36,448 nt of DNA from Candidatus Eiseniibacteriota bacterium (GCA_043810925.1 JBDRNT010000100.1:1-36448), one strand, 5' to 3'; positions 26,780 through 35,967 are shown, counted from the first letter of the stretch. Notes: generated by a model not told the origin, from the letters alone. Translations and numbers: made by a program.

Positions 26780-28450
26780 ATGCATTCCTTGAACTTGGGT
26801 GTGCTCTTCATCCTGGGTCTCGCCGTATTCGGAGGGGTCCTTGGCGCCTGGCTGTTTCAGCGTATGCGCATTCCGCAGGTCGTAGGATACATCGCCATCG
26901 GGCTGCTCATAGGAGAGAGCGGGCTTAAGATCGTAACTGCGGCGGACGTGGTCGCCCTGCGCTCACTCAGTCTCTTTGCTTTAGGCGTCATAGGCTTTCT
27001 GGTAGGCGGTGAGCTCCAGGCTGAGAATTTCCGCAAGTACGGCCGGCAGTTCGCCGCGATCTTTCTCGGAGAAGGGCTCGCGGCATTCGCCATAGTCGGG
27101 ACGGCAGTGGGTTTACTGGTGTATGCGGTTGCTCAGAACCTGAACGCAGCCCTGGCAGCCGGTATCGTTTTGGGGGCCATCGCCTCGGCAACAGATCCGG
27201 CATCGACCCTGGACGTCCTCTGGGAGTACCGGAGCCGCGGGGTCCTGACCACGTCCCTAATAGCCATTGTGGCGCTTGACGACGCCCTTGCCATGACCCT
27301 GTACGGGCTCGGCACCAGCATCGCTGAAATGATAACCCATGGTTCCTCATCACTCGGCGAAGCCGCCGTCAAGGTCACAGTCGAGCTGGGTGGGGCCGTT
27401 CTCGTCGGACTGGTAGCCGGTGTCGGTCTTAACTTCGTTTTGCGTTGGTCCCACCAGCGCGAACGTTCGCTTGGGATCGCGATCGGAATCCTTCTGCTGC
27501 TGATCGGTTTCGCTGCGGCCACCGGCATGGATGTGATCCTCGCAACGATGACAATGGGCGTAACATTGATCAATATGGCCCCCAGGCGAAGCAAGGAAGT
27601 CTTCGGAATCGTTCGGAGTTTTTCCGCCCCGATCTATGTGCTGTTCTTCGTACTGGTGGGCGCCGGGCTGGCTGTCGGCAAGATGCCACCGTGGATCTGG
27701 GCCCTTGCCGCCATCTACGTGGTGGGCCGCAGCCTGGGCAAGGTGGCAGGAGCTTTCTATGGGGCGAAGATATCGGGTGCAGCTGAATCTGTCAGAAAGT
27801 ACGCCGGCCTGGGACTTTTTGCCCAGGGCGGAGTGGCGGTAGGCCTTTCCATAATGGCCAGCCAGCGCCTGGGAAACATCATGATCACCGAAGACCTGCC
27901 GCTGGGTGACATGGTGGTGTTCGGGGTGACGGCCACAACCTTGATCGCGCAGATCATCGGACCGTCCGCTGTCAAAATGTCCGTCCGCCTGGGCGGCGAG
28001 ATCGGCCGTAACGTGACTAATGAGGACGTGATCGCGTCCTGGCATGTTCGCGATGTCATGGCGGTTGATGTCGCCCCGATCCTGGGCACGGCGCCGCTGC
28101 GGGAGGTATTCCAGTTGTTCTCGGAGCACGATTACCTGGTCTATCCGGTGGTCGGATCCGATGGCAGAATCACTGGAGTGATATCGCTTGAGAACCTGAA
28201 GCATGCAGTGATGGACCAGAACGTCTGGGAATGGGTTGTCGCCCACGATGTCATGACTCCAGTGGTCGACAAGGTAACCCCCTCGATGCCTCTGAAATCG
28301 GCGATGCACATGATGGATCAGATTCACCTCGAGCAGGTTCCGGTAGTGGACGACGAGGAAGGGCAAGTACCGATGGGACTAATGGACATGCGCACGGCGA
28401 GGATCTTGATTGAGGAGGAAGTGATCCGACGGCAGGTTCCGGGTCCGTAG
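26780..28450 (+). CDS. Cation:proton antiporter (CPA) with a C-terminal CBS domain pair
   Basis: About 12-13 TM helices; IPQVVGY, ATDPAST, LDDA, FFVLVG, QGGVAVGL; C-terminal VRDVM...YPVV...VMTP CBS repeats. Confidence 0.9.
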   Translation: MHSLNLGVLFILGLAVFGGVLGAWLFQRMRIPQVVGYIAIGLLIGESGLKIVTAADVVALRSLSLFALGVIGFLVGGELQAENFRKYGRQFAAIFLGEGLAAFAIVGTAVGLLVYAVAQNLNAALAAGIVLGAIASATDPASTLDVLWEYRSRGVLTTSLIAIVALDDALAMTLYGLGTSIAEMITHGSSSLGEAAVKVTVELGGAVLVGLVAGVGLNFVLRWSHQRERSLGIAIGILLLLIGFAAATGMDVILATMTMGVTLINMAPRRSKEVFGIVRSFSAPIYVLFFVLVGAGLAVGKMPPWIWALAAIYVVGRSLGKVAGAFYGAKISGAAESVRKYAGLGLFAQGGVAVGLSIMASQRLGNIMITEDLPLGDMVVFGVTATTLIAQIIGPSAVKMSVRLGGEIGRNVTNEDVIASWHVRDVMAVDVAPILGTAPLREVFQLFSEHDYLVYPVVGSDGRITGVISLENLKHAVMDQNVWEWVVAHDVMTPVVDKVTPSMPLKSAMHMMDQIHLEQVPVVDDEEGQVPMGLMDMRTARILIEEEVIRRQVPGP

Positions 28451-28460
28451 TTCGAAGTGA

Positions 28461-28643
28461 CCCAATGATCGCGGTTTCTGCCATGAGAGCTCCAGGGGCA
28501 ACGAATCTGAGATAGACGCATTCAACAAGACGCACGGGGGTCAGAATCCCGAGCGTGGTACTGCGTGCAATGTCTGCCACGCCTCGGTCACTTACAGCCC
28601 CGGCAAGTGGCCGCATGCCTATGAATGGAATGACAGCAACTGA
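28461..28643 (+). pseudogene. 3' remnant of a c-type multiheme cytochrome gene
   Basis: Start-less frame PNDRGFCHESSRGNESEIDAFNKTHGGQNPERGTACNVCHASVTYSPGKWPHAYEWNDSN*; intact CNVCH and degenerate RGFCH (CGC, one base from TGC). Confidence 0.6.
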
Positions 28644-28806
28644 CTCATTTACCGCATCCAGACCACCCCAAGCGGGACACTCCCGCCTCACACCCCCGGG
28701 GATCGCCATGCCCCCCTCCGCGGACGGGCAGGACTTGTACTCCCGTTGCCGGGACTCGTAACCCGGGCGCAACGTTAGAAACACAGGTGGAGAAACCTCC
28801 GGAGTG

Positions 28807-31518
28807 TCACCGTATCTTGTCGGCGCGCCGCTCTAACTCCTCCGCCTCTCCATCACGTCCCTGTGCTCGTAGCAGCGACGCAGAGCCGTCCAGGCTTTCC
28901 AGGAGTGGCGCACGGTCCGCTCCCTGGCTCGTCTCACAAATCGTGATCGTGCGGGTATACAGCGACTCTGCAACGTCGTAGTCGTGTACGGCCCGGCATA
29001 GCTCTCCAAGGCCACTCAGGGCGTAGGTGAGCTGGGGATGATCCGGTCCCAGCGCACGCTCCCAGATCGCCAGAGCCCTCTCATAAAGCGGCCGGGCGCG
29101 CCCGTACTCGCCTGTGAGCCGGAGCGTTTCCGCCAGGTTATTGAGAGTCAGTGCTACATCGGGATGGTTCGCACCCAGCAGCTCCTCGCGAATGGCCAGC
29201 GCGCGCTCATGGAGCGCAATAGCACGATCGTAGTCTCCGGTCTCGTTGGCCATGCCGGCGAGATTGCCAATGATGTCCGCCACGAGGGGATGTTTGGGCC
29301 CTACAGACTTCACATGGATCGCGAGTGCGCGCTCGAACATCGCTTGCGCACGCTCGTAGTCCCCAAGAGTCCAGTGGAGGCTAGCCAGGTTGTTCAGGGT
29401 GAATGCCACATCGGGATGGTCCCCACCCAGCGCCTTTTCCCGAATGACAAGGGCCCGCTCCATAAGCTGCCTGGCTCCCGGGTAGTCTCCCATCAGGTAC
29501 AGAATGCTGCCGAGGTTGCTGAGATTGCCGGCCACGTCCGGATGCTCCGGGCCCAGCACCTTCTCCCGGATGGCCAGAGCACGCTCGTATAGATCCCGGG
29601 CGCGCTCATAGTCTCCCAAGTCCCAGAGCACGCCTGCCAGATGGGCCAGGTTCCTCGCCACTTCCGGGTGGTCCTGTCCCAGAGATCTTTCGCGGATGGC
29701 CAGTGCTCGTTCAGTCAGCATCCGCGCCCTCTCGTAGTCCGCGGTCGCTTCCAAGACAATCGCCAGGTTGTCGAGGCTGACCGCCACATCGAGGTGATCT
29801 TCCCCCAGCGTGCTCTCCCGGATCGCGAGCACCCGTTCATGGAGTGCCCGTGCCCTCTCATAGTCCCCCATATCGTTTAGGACAATCGCCAGGTTGCTCA
29901 TACTCATCACCACTTGTGGATGCTCCGGACTCAGCAGTTTCTCTCTAATTGCCAGGGCGCGCTCGTGGAGCGCCTGCGCTTCTCTGAACTCTCCATTCTG
30001 ATGCAACACATTGGCCAGGTTGCTCATAATGGTCGCCACCTCCACGTGCTCTTCGCCCAGGATCTCTTCCCGGATAGCAAGTGACTGTCGCGACAGCGTA
30101 TCCGCCTCGTCGAAGAGTCCAAGGTACATGTAAACGATCCCGATTGCTTCCATCAAGCGTGCCTGGACCAGAGGTTGGCCACTCAGCTCACCCCGTACCC
30201 TTTCGGCACCCCTGTCCAGCACCTCCCGGGCAGTGACGGTTTCCCCGCGTGCCTCTCGCGGGTCGGAAACCTTGAACAGCCCGACCAGGAAGTCTGTTAC
30301 CTGCCTTGCGGTGTCGGCTTCCCGGTTCGCCCGATCCCGCTCCCGGGTCACACGTGCGGTCTGAAATGCCATTACCACCGCAAACGCGATCAGCAGACCC
30401 AGCAATGTCGCGGCAGAAACAACTCCGAGTTTATGCCTTCGCACGAACTTCCCTACACGATACGTTGTGCTCGGTCGGCCGGCTAGTACCGGCTCATCAT
30501 CGAGGTGGCGACGGATGTCCGCCGCAAGCTCGCTCGGAGAGGCATAACGCCGTGTTCGGTCTTTCTCCAGTGCCTTCATGACGATCCAGTCGAGATCGCC
30601 ACGGAGCTGTCTCCTCAAAGTTGCCGGATCGGTGCGACGCTTCTCAGCGTGCTCCGTCGAGGCAGCACCTATTGTGCTGACCCGTCGGCTCGGTTTTGAA
30701 GGTTCATCCTCCCGGATCTTTCGCCGGATCTCATCATAGCCGGACTGTCGAAGCTCCGCAGGATCAAACGGAAGCATGCCGACCAGGAGTTCGTAAAGCA
30801 ACATGCCCAGCGAATAGACATCCGTTCGAGTATCGACATCCAACCCGCTCATCTCCGCTTGCTCAGGACTCATGTACTCAGGAGTGCCTATCGGTTGTCC
30901 AAGTTCCGTATACACTGTCCGCTCGGTCAGGCGCTGACCGATTGCCTTGGACACGCCGAAATCTATGATCTTCGGGACCGGCTTACCGTCACACAATCCC
31001 ACGAGGACGTTGGACGGCTTTATATCCCGGTGGATGATTCCTTTGTGATGGGCATGCTGGACTCCGTCGCAGACCTGGATGAATATATCAAGCCGCTCAC
31101 GGGTTCCCAGCCGGTGGGTGTCGCAGTATTCCGTGATGGGCACACCCGGCACGTATTCCATCACAAAATAGGGCCGCCCTTGCTCACTGGCCCCTGCGTC
31201 GAGCACGCCGGCGATGTTCGGATGATTCATCAGTGCAAGCGCTTGTCGCTCCGACTCGAACCTTCCCACAACACTCTTCGTATCCATGCCGAGCTTGATG
31301 AGCTTCAAGGCGACCTGCCTCCGTATGGGTTCCTGCTGCTCGGCCCGGTATACTACCCCCATGCCGCCATCACCGACACGCTCAAGGATCCTGTAACGTC
31401 CGATCTGTTGGGGTTCAGCATCATGAGATGCCGAAGGAAGTGTCTTGTCGCGTTCGGACTCAGGGTGCGGATCCGGTCCATCTTCGACCATGCCTACCCC
31501 CTCTGCTGGATCGGCCAT
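28807..31518 (-). CDS. Hanks-type Ser/Thr protein kinase with one TM helix and about 10-11 42-aa TPR repeats
   Basis: GDGGMG, VALK, HRDIKPSN, DFG, GTPEYMSPEQ, DVYSLG; repeats of NLA...GDYERA..L.ERALAIRE..LG..HP; alternative start 31491. Confidence 0.93.
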   Translation of the reverse strand: MADPAEGVGMVEDGPDPHPESERDKTLPSASHDAEPQQIGRYRILERVGDGGMGVVYRAEQQEPIRRQVALKLIKLGMDTKSVVGRFESERQALALMNHPNIAGVLDAGASEQGRPYFVMEYVPGVPITEYCDTHRLGTRERLDIFIQVCDGVQHAHHKGIIHRDIKPSNVLVGLCDGKPVPKIIDFGVSKAIGQRLTERTVYTELGQPIGTPEYMSPEQAEMSGLDVDTRTDVYSLGMLLYELLVGMLPFDPAELRQSGYDEIRRKIREDEPSKPSRRVSTIGAASTEHAEKRRTDPATLRRQLRGDLDWIVMKALEKDRTRRYASPSELAADIRRHLDDEPVLAGRPSTTYRVGKFVRRHKLGVVSAATLLGLLIAFAVVMAFQTARVTRERDRANREADTARQVTDFLVGLFKVSDPREARGETVTAREVLDRGAERVRGELSGQPLVQARLMEAIGIVYMYLGLFDEADTLSRQSLAIREEILGEEHVEVATIMSNLANVLHQNGEFREAQALHERALAIREKLLSPEHPQVVMSMSNLAIVLNDMGDYERARALHERVLAIRESTLGEDHLDVAVSLDNLAIVLEATADYERARMLTERALAIRERSLGQDHPEVARNLAHLAGVLWDLGDYERARDLYERALAIREKVLGPEHPDVAGNLSNLGSILYLMGDYPGARQLMERALVIREKALGGDHPDVAFTLNNLASLHWTLGDYERAQAMFERALAIHVKSVGPKHPLVADIIGNLAGMANETGDYDRAIALHERALAIREELLGANHPDVALTLNNLAETLRLTGEYGRARPLYERALAIWERALGPDHPQLTYALSGLGELCRAVHDYDVAESLYTRTITICETSQGADRAPLLESLDGSASLLRAQGRDGEAEELERRADKIR

Positions 31519-31747
31519 GGGTGTGCCCGACCCGTTCTTGAGACTGACAAGTCAGCCCAGAATGTAAGTGGCCGATTATCCCGTAGCTTTCCGGGATTGT
31601 AGCATCACGTGCCCTGGAACCGCAACCGAAGGTTTGGCGGAAGTCCGCGGAGCAAAGTAATCTCCGTATCTCCCGCCGCGCAAAAACATCTTCCTGGGAC
31701 CTGAGGGCTGTGCTACAATGGCGCTCGAATATCCCACGAGGTAGTCA

Positions 31748-34033
31748 ATGCGGAAGAAGATCCTCTTAGCTCTGATAATACTCACCGGAGCATGCCTGAG
31801 GCTGTACAATCTCAATTGGGGACTTCCTGAGGTCTTCGAGGAGGCAACCCCCTGGCGACAAGCATGGGGAATGTGGGGATTTGAGACTGGTAGGCTCGAC
31901 TTCAATCCTCACTTCTTCAATTACCCCGCATTGACATTCTACATCCAGTGGTTCGGCCAGGCTCTGATATACCTCTCTGGCAGAGCAGCCGGTGCGTTCT
32001 CGTCTACTCAAGGCATGTTGGCGGCTTTCGAGGCTGATCCTACCCGGTTCTACTACGTGGGCCGGCTGATTACATCCTTCTTCGGTATTGCCTCCATCTA
32101 TGTTCTTTACAAGCTCGGCAAGGACATCTTCTCTCGTTCCGTCGGGATGCTGGCTGCTTTCTTCTTGGCACTCAGTTTCTCCCATATCAGGCGTGGTCAG
32201 CTGATAACCACTGATACTCCGCTTGTCTTCTTCATACTGCTTGCCTTCATTCCTATATGGAAAATCGCGACGGAGGGGAGGCGAAGCCACTATATCTGGG
32301 CAGGAGTCTGCGTGGGATTGGCGACCGGAGTCAAGTACCCGGGTCTTCTGACCGCCGTCGGCGTCGTCACCGCCCACATCTACCATCATCTTACCCAGAA
32401 ACACAACTTGAAGAGAATCGTGCTCAGCCCTTCTATCTGGATGAGTGCCGGACTTGCAGCCTTGGTGTTTATCGCTGTCTCACCTTACTGCTTGCTCGAT
32501 TATTCCGGGTTTTACAGAGACCTTCACTTCGAACAGACTCATATGACGATCGGGCATTTCGGCGCGCCCGAGCGGCTGGTTTCGTACGGTAGATACCTGG
32601 GTTCCATTATCCCCGGTGTCATGACTGTGCCTTTGGCCGTTCTTGCGCTGGCAGGTCTCGGGTATGGTATCTGGAAGTACCGCAAGTTCAGCATACTCCT
32701 TCTCACTTTCCCACTGGTCTATTTCGCCGTCGTAGGCAGCTGGAAAACAGCAGCAGACCATTATGTCTTCCCGATTATTCCTTTCCTCCTGGTCTTTGCT
32801 GCTCTTCTGTTGTCCGACGCTTTTGATAAGATCCCGTTCTCCGGATCTCGGTTGCTTCTGTGTGTGGCGGCATGCCTGGTTGTTCTCCCATCGGCCCGGC
32901 AGATCAAAGGTCTCTACCGGGGGCCCGACACGCCGGATAATCGGACTGTTGCAAGGACCTGGATCGAGGAGAATATAGAGAAGGGTGCCGCCATAGTCAG
33001 GGAGGAGTACACACCCGATTTGAACTTACGAGAATATGCAGTCTTCGAGCTCCCGCTCTCCACTCTGCATCCACAGAGCACAGCGCCTTTCTATGACCTA
33101 TCGTGGTACACCGATTTCGACTACGTCGTTATCAGCAGCGAAGTATATAAGCGGTACAAGAGCAAACCCGGGGATTATCAGGTGCACAACCTCTTCTATA
33201 GAGAACTGGACGAGCACTTCGCGCTGGTCAAGCAGTTTGATGGCCTGAGCGGTTCAGGCCCACAAATAAGGATATATCGGATCGGCGAACCTGCTGCTCA
33301 TCTGCCGGATGAAGACTTCCCTCCTCATCTTTTTCCTCCTCTAATTGACTCACCGGACCGCGAGGATAACGGCAGGCTGCTCAGCAATCTGGCCAATGTG
33401 CTCTCACGGAGACAGAAGCACGCCAGGGCCATGCAACTCTACCGGGTGGCAATCACCCTTGATTCCACATTGACCAAGGCATGGTACAACATGGGTCTGA
33501 CGCTTGGAATTCAGGGCAGACTTCGGGAATCTGCCGAGGCCTTCACGCAAGCCCTCCGCGTCGATTCTACCTATGCGAATTCATGGTTCGGGCTTGGTGG
33601 TCTATACAGACAGGCGGGGGATGTAGAGACTTCCATATCTGCATATGAGCGTGGACTGAAATACGATCCTTATCGACCTGATATTCTTAAGATCCTCAGT
33701 GAGCAGTACCTGGAGGAGGGAAGGGCAGACGATGCCATGGCCCTCGCACAAAGAGGCGTGGAGTTATCCGGGGATGTCCCGGAGTTCCATTTTGTCCTGG
33801 GTCGCGGCTACCTGATGAAGAAGGATTATGAGAGCGCTATCAGGTCGCTCCGAAGAGCAGTTGAACTAAGACCATCTAGTGGGGCGTATGCCTATCACCT
33901 TGCCGTTGCCTACTACTCCCAGAAGGACTTTGCGGCGGCATCGGAACTCGCCCGTAAGGCGGAGGGCCTTGGCTATGATGCTAAGGAGCTCACTCGCAAG
34001 CTTCAGAAGGTTATGCCTACCGGTTCCCGGTGA
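31748..34033 (+). CDS. GT-C fold glycosyltransferase (family 39/PMT_2-like) with C-terminal TPR repeats
   Basis: LRLYNLNWGLP, FFNYPALTFY, GRLITS.FG, GLATGVKYPG, about 11-12 TM helices; C-terminal TPRs (AWYNMG, SWFGLG, FHFVLG). Confidence 0.85.
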   Translation: MRKKILLALIILTGACLRLYNLNWGLPEVFEEATPWRQAWGMWGFETGRLDFNPHFFNYPALTFYIQWFGQALIYLSGRAAGAFSSTQGMLAAFEADPTRFYYVGRLITSFFGIASIYVLYKLGKDIFSRSVGMLAAFFLALSFSHIRRGQLITTDTPLVFFILLAFIPIWKIATEGRRSHYIWAGVCVGLATGVKYPGLLTAVGVVTAHIYHHLTQKHNLKRIVLSPSIWMSAGLAALVFIAVSPYCLLDYSGFYRDLHFEQTHMTIGHFGAPERLVSYGRYLGSIIPGVMTVPLAVLALAGLGYGIWKYRKFSILLLTFPLVYFAVVGSWKTAADHYVFPIIPFLLVFAALLLSDAFDKIPFSGSRLLLCVAACLVVLPSARQIKGLYRGPDTPDNRTVARTWIEENIEKGAAIVREEYTPDLNLREYAVFELPLSTLHPQSTAPFYDLSWYTDFDYVVISSEVYKRYKSKPGDYQVHNLFYRELDEHFALVKQFDGLSGSGPQIRIYRIGEPAAHLPDEDFPPHLFPPLIDSPDREDNGRLLSNLANVLSRRQKHARAMQLYRVAITLDSTLTKAWYNMGLTLGIQGRLRESAEAFTQALRVDSTYANSWFGLGGLYRQAGDVETSISAYERGLKYDPYRPDILKILSEQYLEEGRADDAMALAQRGVELSGDVPEFHFVLGRGYLMKKDYESAIRSLRRAVELRPSSGAYAYHLAVAYYSQKDFAAASELARKAEGLGYDAKELTRKLQKVMPTGSR

Positions 34034-34248
34034 GATTCCTCGCCATCCCGTTTTGATGGAAGGACCAGCCCCGATTATCTCGGAATACCCTATACGGGCG
34101 ACCGCCCGAGATTGGGCCACTATCAAAGGGAGATTCACGCTTTCAGACATTCGAGTCGCTCCCCGAGCAAACGCCTGAAAGCACCGTCTTATGGGTTATG
34201 GTGCTTACTATCAAGATGGCCAAGCATTAATGATGGTGTAGCTGCTAC

Positions 34249-34324
34249 CTATCGGAGCACAATGATCTTCGTCTGGTCTTCGAATCTCCCCGCTTCTATG
34301 TGAATGTAGTAGACTCCGGAGCTG
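34249..34324 (-). pseudogene. C-terminal fragment of a CTD-bearing secreted protein gene, truncated by an IS
   Basis: Translates SSGVYYIHIEAGRFEDQTKIIVLR*, like the CTD ends of the three intact genes; abuts the IS end at 34325. Confidence 0.65.
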
Positions 34325-34524
34325 TGACCTGCCCCCAATAACGGTACCACTTAGCTATACAGTTTTTCAAGCACCGGAGCTGTTCGAGGCGCCCCGATCC
34401 TTACCGTCAGCAGTGATGATCGCGGACCACAAGATGGTCTGGCGCGGGCACCCGGACGATCTGACAAACCAGATACTCGATGGCCTTCTCGGCATGCCTG
34501 AAGCCGCGAATTGAAAGCCTCGAT
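34325..34524 (-). mobile_element. Degenerate IS3-family (IS407-like) element: right end plus transposase fragment
   Basis: Terminus TGACCTGCCCCCAATAACGGTACCA; minus-strand peptide IEAFNSRL (34501-34524) resembles the integrase-core IESFNxRLRxEC motif; no full ORF or other end seen. Confidence 0.6.
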
Positions 34525-34808
34525 GGATAGCGGCTTCACCTCCACATAGGTCTCTCTTCCTGCGGTCAACACGAGCCAGCTGGAAAAGTCTTGCTTTTCT
34601 TTCTGGGTGGCTCCCCGGGCTGCCATCCCAAAGCGCGCTTCTGTGGGACTGTCTTGCCCTCAAGATCGAGCGAATCGCGAGAGGCCAGACAAGGCTCACT
34701 GTGTCTGCGTAAGTGGCTACTCTAACCCGGGCAAGTGTCCCGGAGCGCAGCATTGTGGGATGTGGTGTCCGTCCAGATTTGTCGCTGTGCTGCACTCCAC
34801 CTTTTCTC

Positions 34809-34855
34809 TTGACACCTGACTACATATTGTAGTTAATTAACTACGAATTGTAGTC
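34809..34855 (+). promoter_or_regulatory. Promoter with tandem palindromic operators upstream of the TA pair
   Basis: TTGACA at 34809; ACTACATATTGTAGT (34819-34833) and ACTACGAATTGTAGT (34840-34854), 21 bp apart. Confidence 0.75.
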
Positions 34856-34880
34856 GATATGGCTAGGGGCAAGCGGAGGG

Positions 34881-35540
34881 ATGTTTCGGATGAAAAAGGG
34901 TGGTTCCAAGAACAGAGACCAGAGGCGGATCGAGGGGTTACCGGGGAGATCTTCTATCTCGAGCATATTCCCCAACCAGGCTTTGCTCGACACCCTCTCG
35001 CTCTTGTTACTTCATCCGGAGGAGGAATTCTATCAACGGGAGATTGCGGAAAGGATAGGCCGAACCGTCATCGAGGTTCAAAGAGCACTTCGACGTGTCG
35101 AATCAGCGGGGTTGGCAACAAGGTCGCGGCGTGGCAACCGAGTGTACTACCTCGCGAACCGTAATCATCCTGCGTTCAGTGATCTTAAGAGCCTGCTCCT
35201 GAAGACCTGTGCCTTGGGAGATGCTCTCAGGCGCACTCTGGCAACCGTTGGAAGCAAGATCGTGGCAGCCTTCATATTCGGATCCTTTGCTGCCGGCACC
35301 GAGTCCCCGTCCAGTGACATAGATCTTCTTGCAGTGGGGACTCTGAGCTCGCGCGAGGCCTCCCGTGTACTCGGAGGTCTGGGTCGCAAGCTGGGACGTG
35401 AGTTTAACCCAATTGTCTACACAGTCGAGGAGCTGAGGAGTCGGATGAAGCGTGAGAGTCGTTTCATTGAAGAGGTGATCAGAGGACCGAAGATCTGGCT
35501 GATTGGTGATGAAGATGAGCTTGAAAGACTGGTTGCGTAA
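34881..35540 (+). CDS. Winged-HTH plus minimal nucleotidyltransferase (MNT) protein, putative antitoxin/autorepressor
   Basis: FYQREIAERIGRTVIEVQRALRRVESAGL...GNRVYY (wHTH); FIFGSFAAGTESPSSDIDLL (GS-x10-DxD); LGREFNPIVYT; start may be ATG 34890. Confidence 0.87.
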   Translation: MFRMKKGGSKNRDQRRIEGLPGRSSISSIFPNQALLDTLSLLLLHPEEEFYQREIAERIGRTVIEVQRALRRVESAGLATRSRRGNRVYYLANRNHPAFSDLKSLLLKTCALGDALRRTLATVGSKIVAAFIFGSFAAGTESPSSDIDLLAVGTLSSREASRVLGGLGRKLGREFNPIVYTVEELRSRMKRESRFIEEVIRGPKIWLIGDEDELERLVA

Positions 35541-35967
35541 GGGGCAGCTGCGCCCTCACAAGGCCTCCAAGAAGGAGATCCGTGACATCCTGACCGTAGT
35601 TGACAGGGATCTTCAGGATGCCGCCGTCAAGGATGTATCGCCGGACCGTCGTTTTGCGACTGCTTACAATGCAATCCTGCAGCTGGCGACGATTGTCATC
35701 CGGGCCGAGGGTTACAGGGTTGCAGGTCAACATCATCATTGGCTCACTCTGCAAGTGCTGCTTCAGATCATGCCTTCGTTGGATCCAAGTCGTGTGGACT
35801 ACTATGACGCATGTCGCCGGAAGCGAAACAAAGTTGACTATGATTCAGCTGAGATCATATCTGAGACGGAAGCCAAGGAAGCACTGACAGAAGCGCATGA
35901 ATTCAGACTGGTGGTCACTGGCTGGCTGAAGGACTCCCACCCAAGGCTTCTGCCCAACAAGATTTAG
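35515..35967 (+). CDS. HEPN-domain protein, putative toxin partner of the MNT
   Basis: Helical protein of about 150 aa overlapping the MNT end; FATAYNAIL, GYRV..QHHH, RRKRNKVDYD. Confidence 0.78.
   Translation: MSLKDWLRKGQLRPHKASKKEIRDILTVVDRDLQDAAVKDVSPDRRFATAYNAILQLATIVIRAEGYRVAGQHHHWLTLQVLLQIMPSLDPSRVDYYDACRRKRNKVDYDSAEIISETEAKEALTEAHEFRLVVTGWLKDSHPRLLPNKI

Noticed and set aside
28744..28782. Hairpin CGTTGC...GCAACG followed by GTTAGAA, as an integron attC site
   Set aside because: There is no matching RYYYAAC/L-box architecture and no integrase; it is more likely a terminator-like hairpin between convergent genes.
28900..30170. 126-bp periodic DNA similarity
   Set aside because: Explained by the 42-aa TPR repeats of the kinase; the roughly 159-bp periodicity at 21300-22400 is likewise explained by propeller blades.
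34139..34182. GCTTTCAG...CTGAAAGC inverted repeat, as an ncRNA
   Set aside because: An 8-bp stem with an irregular interior; at most a terminator-like structure between convergent genes.
34859..35164. 101-aa ORF overlapping the MNT gene in another frame
   Set aside because: It has no motifs, and the wHTH-MNT frame explains the region.
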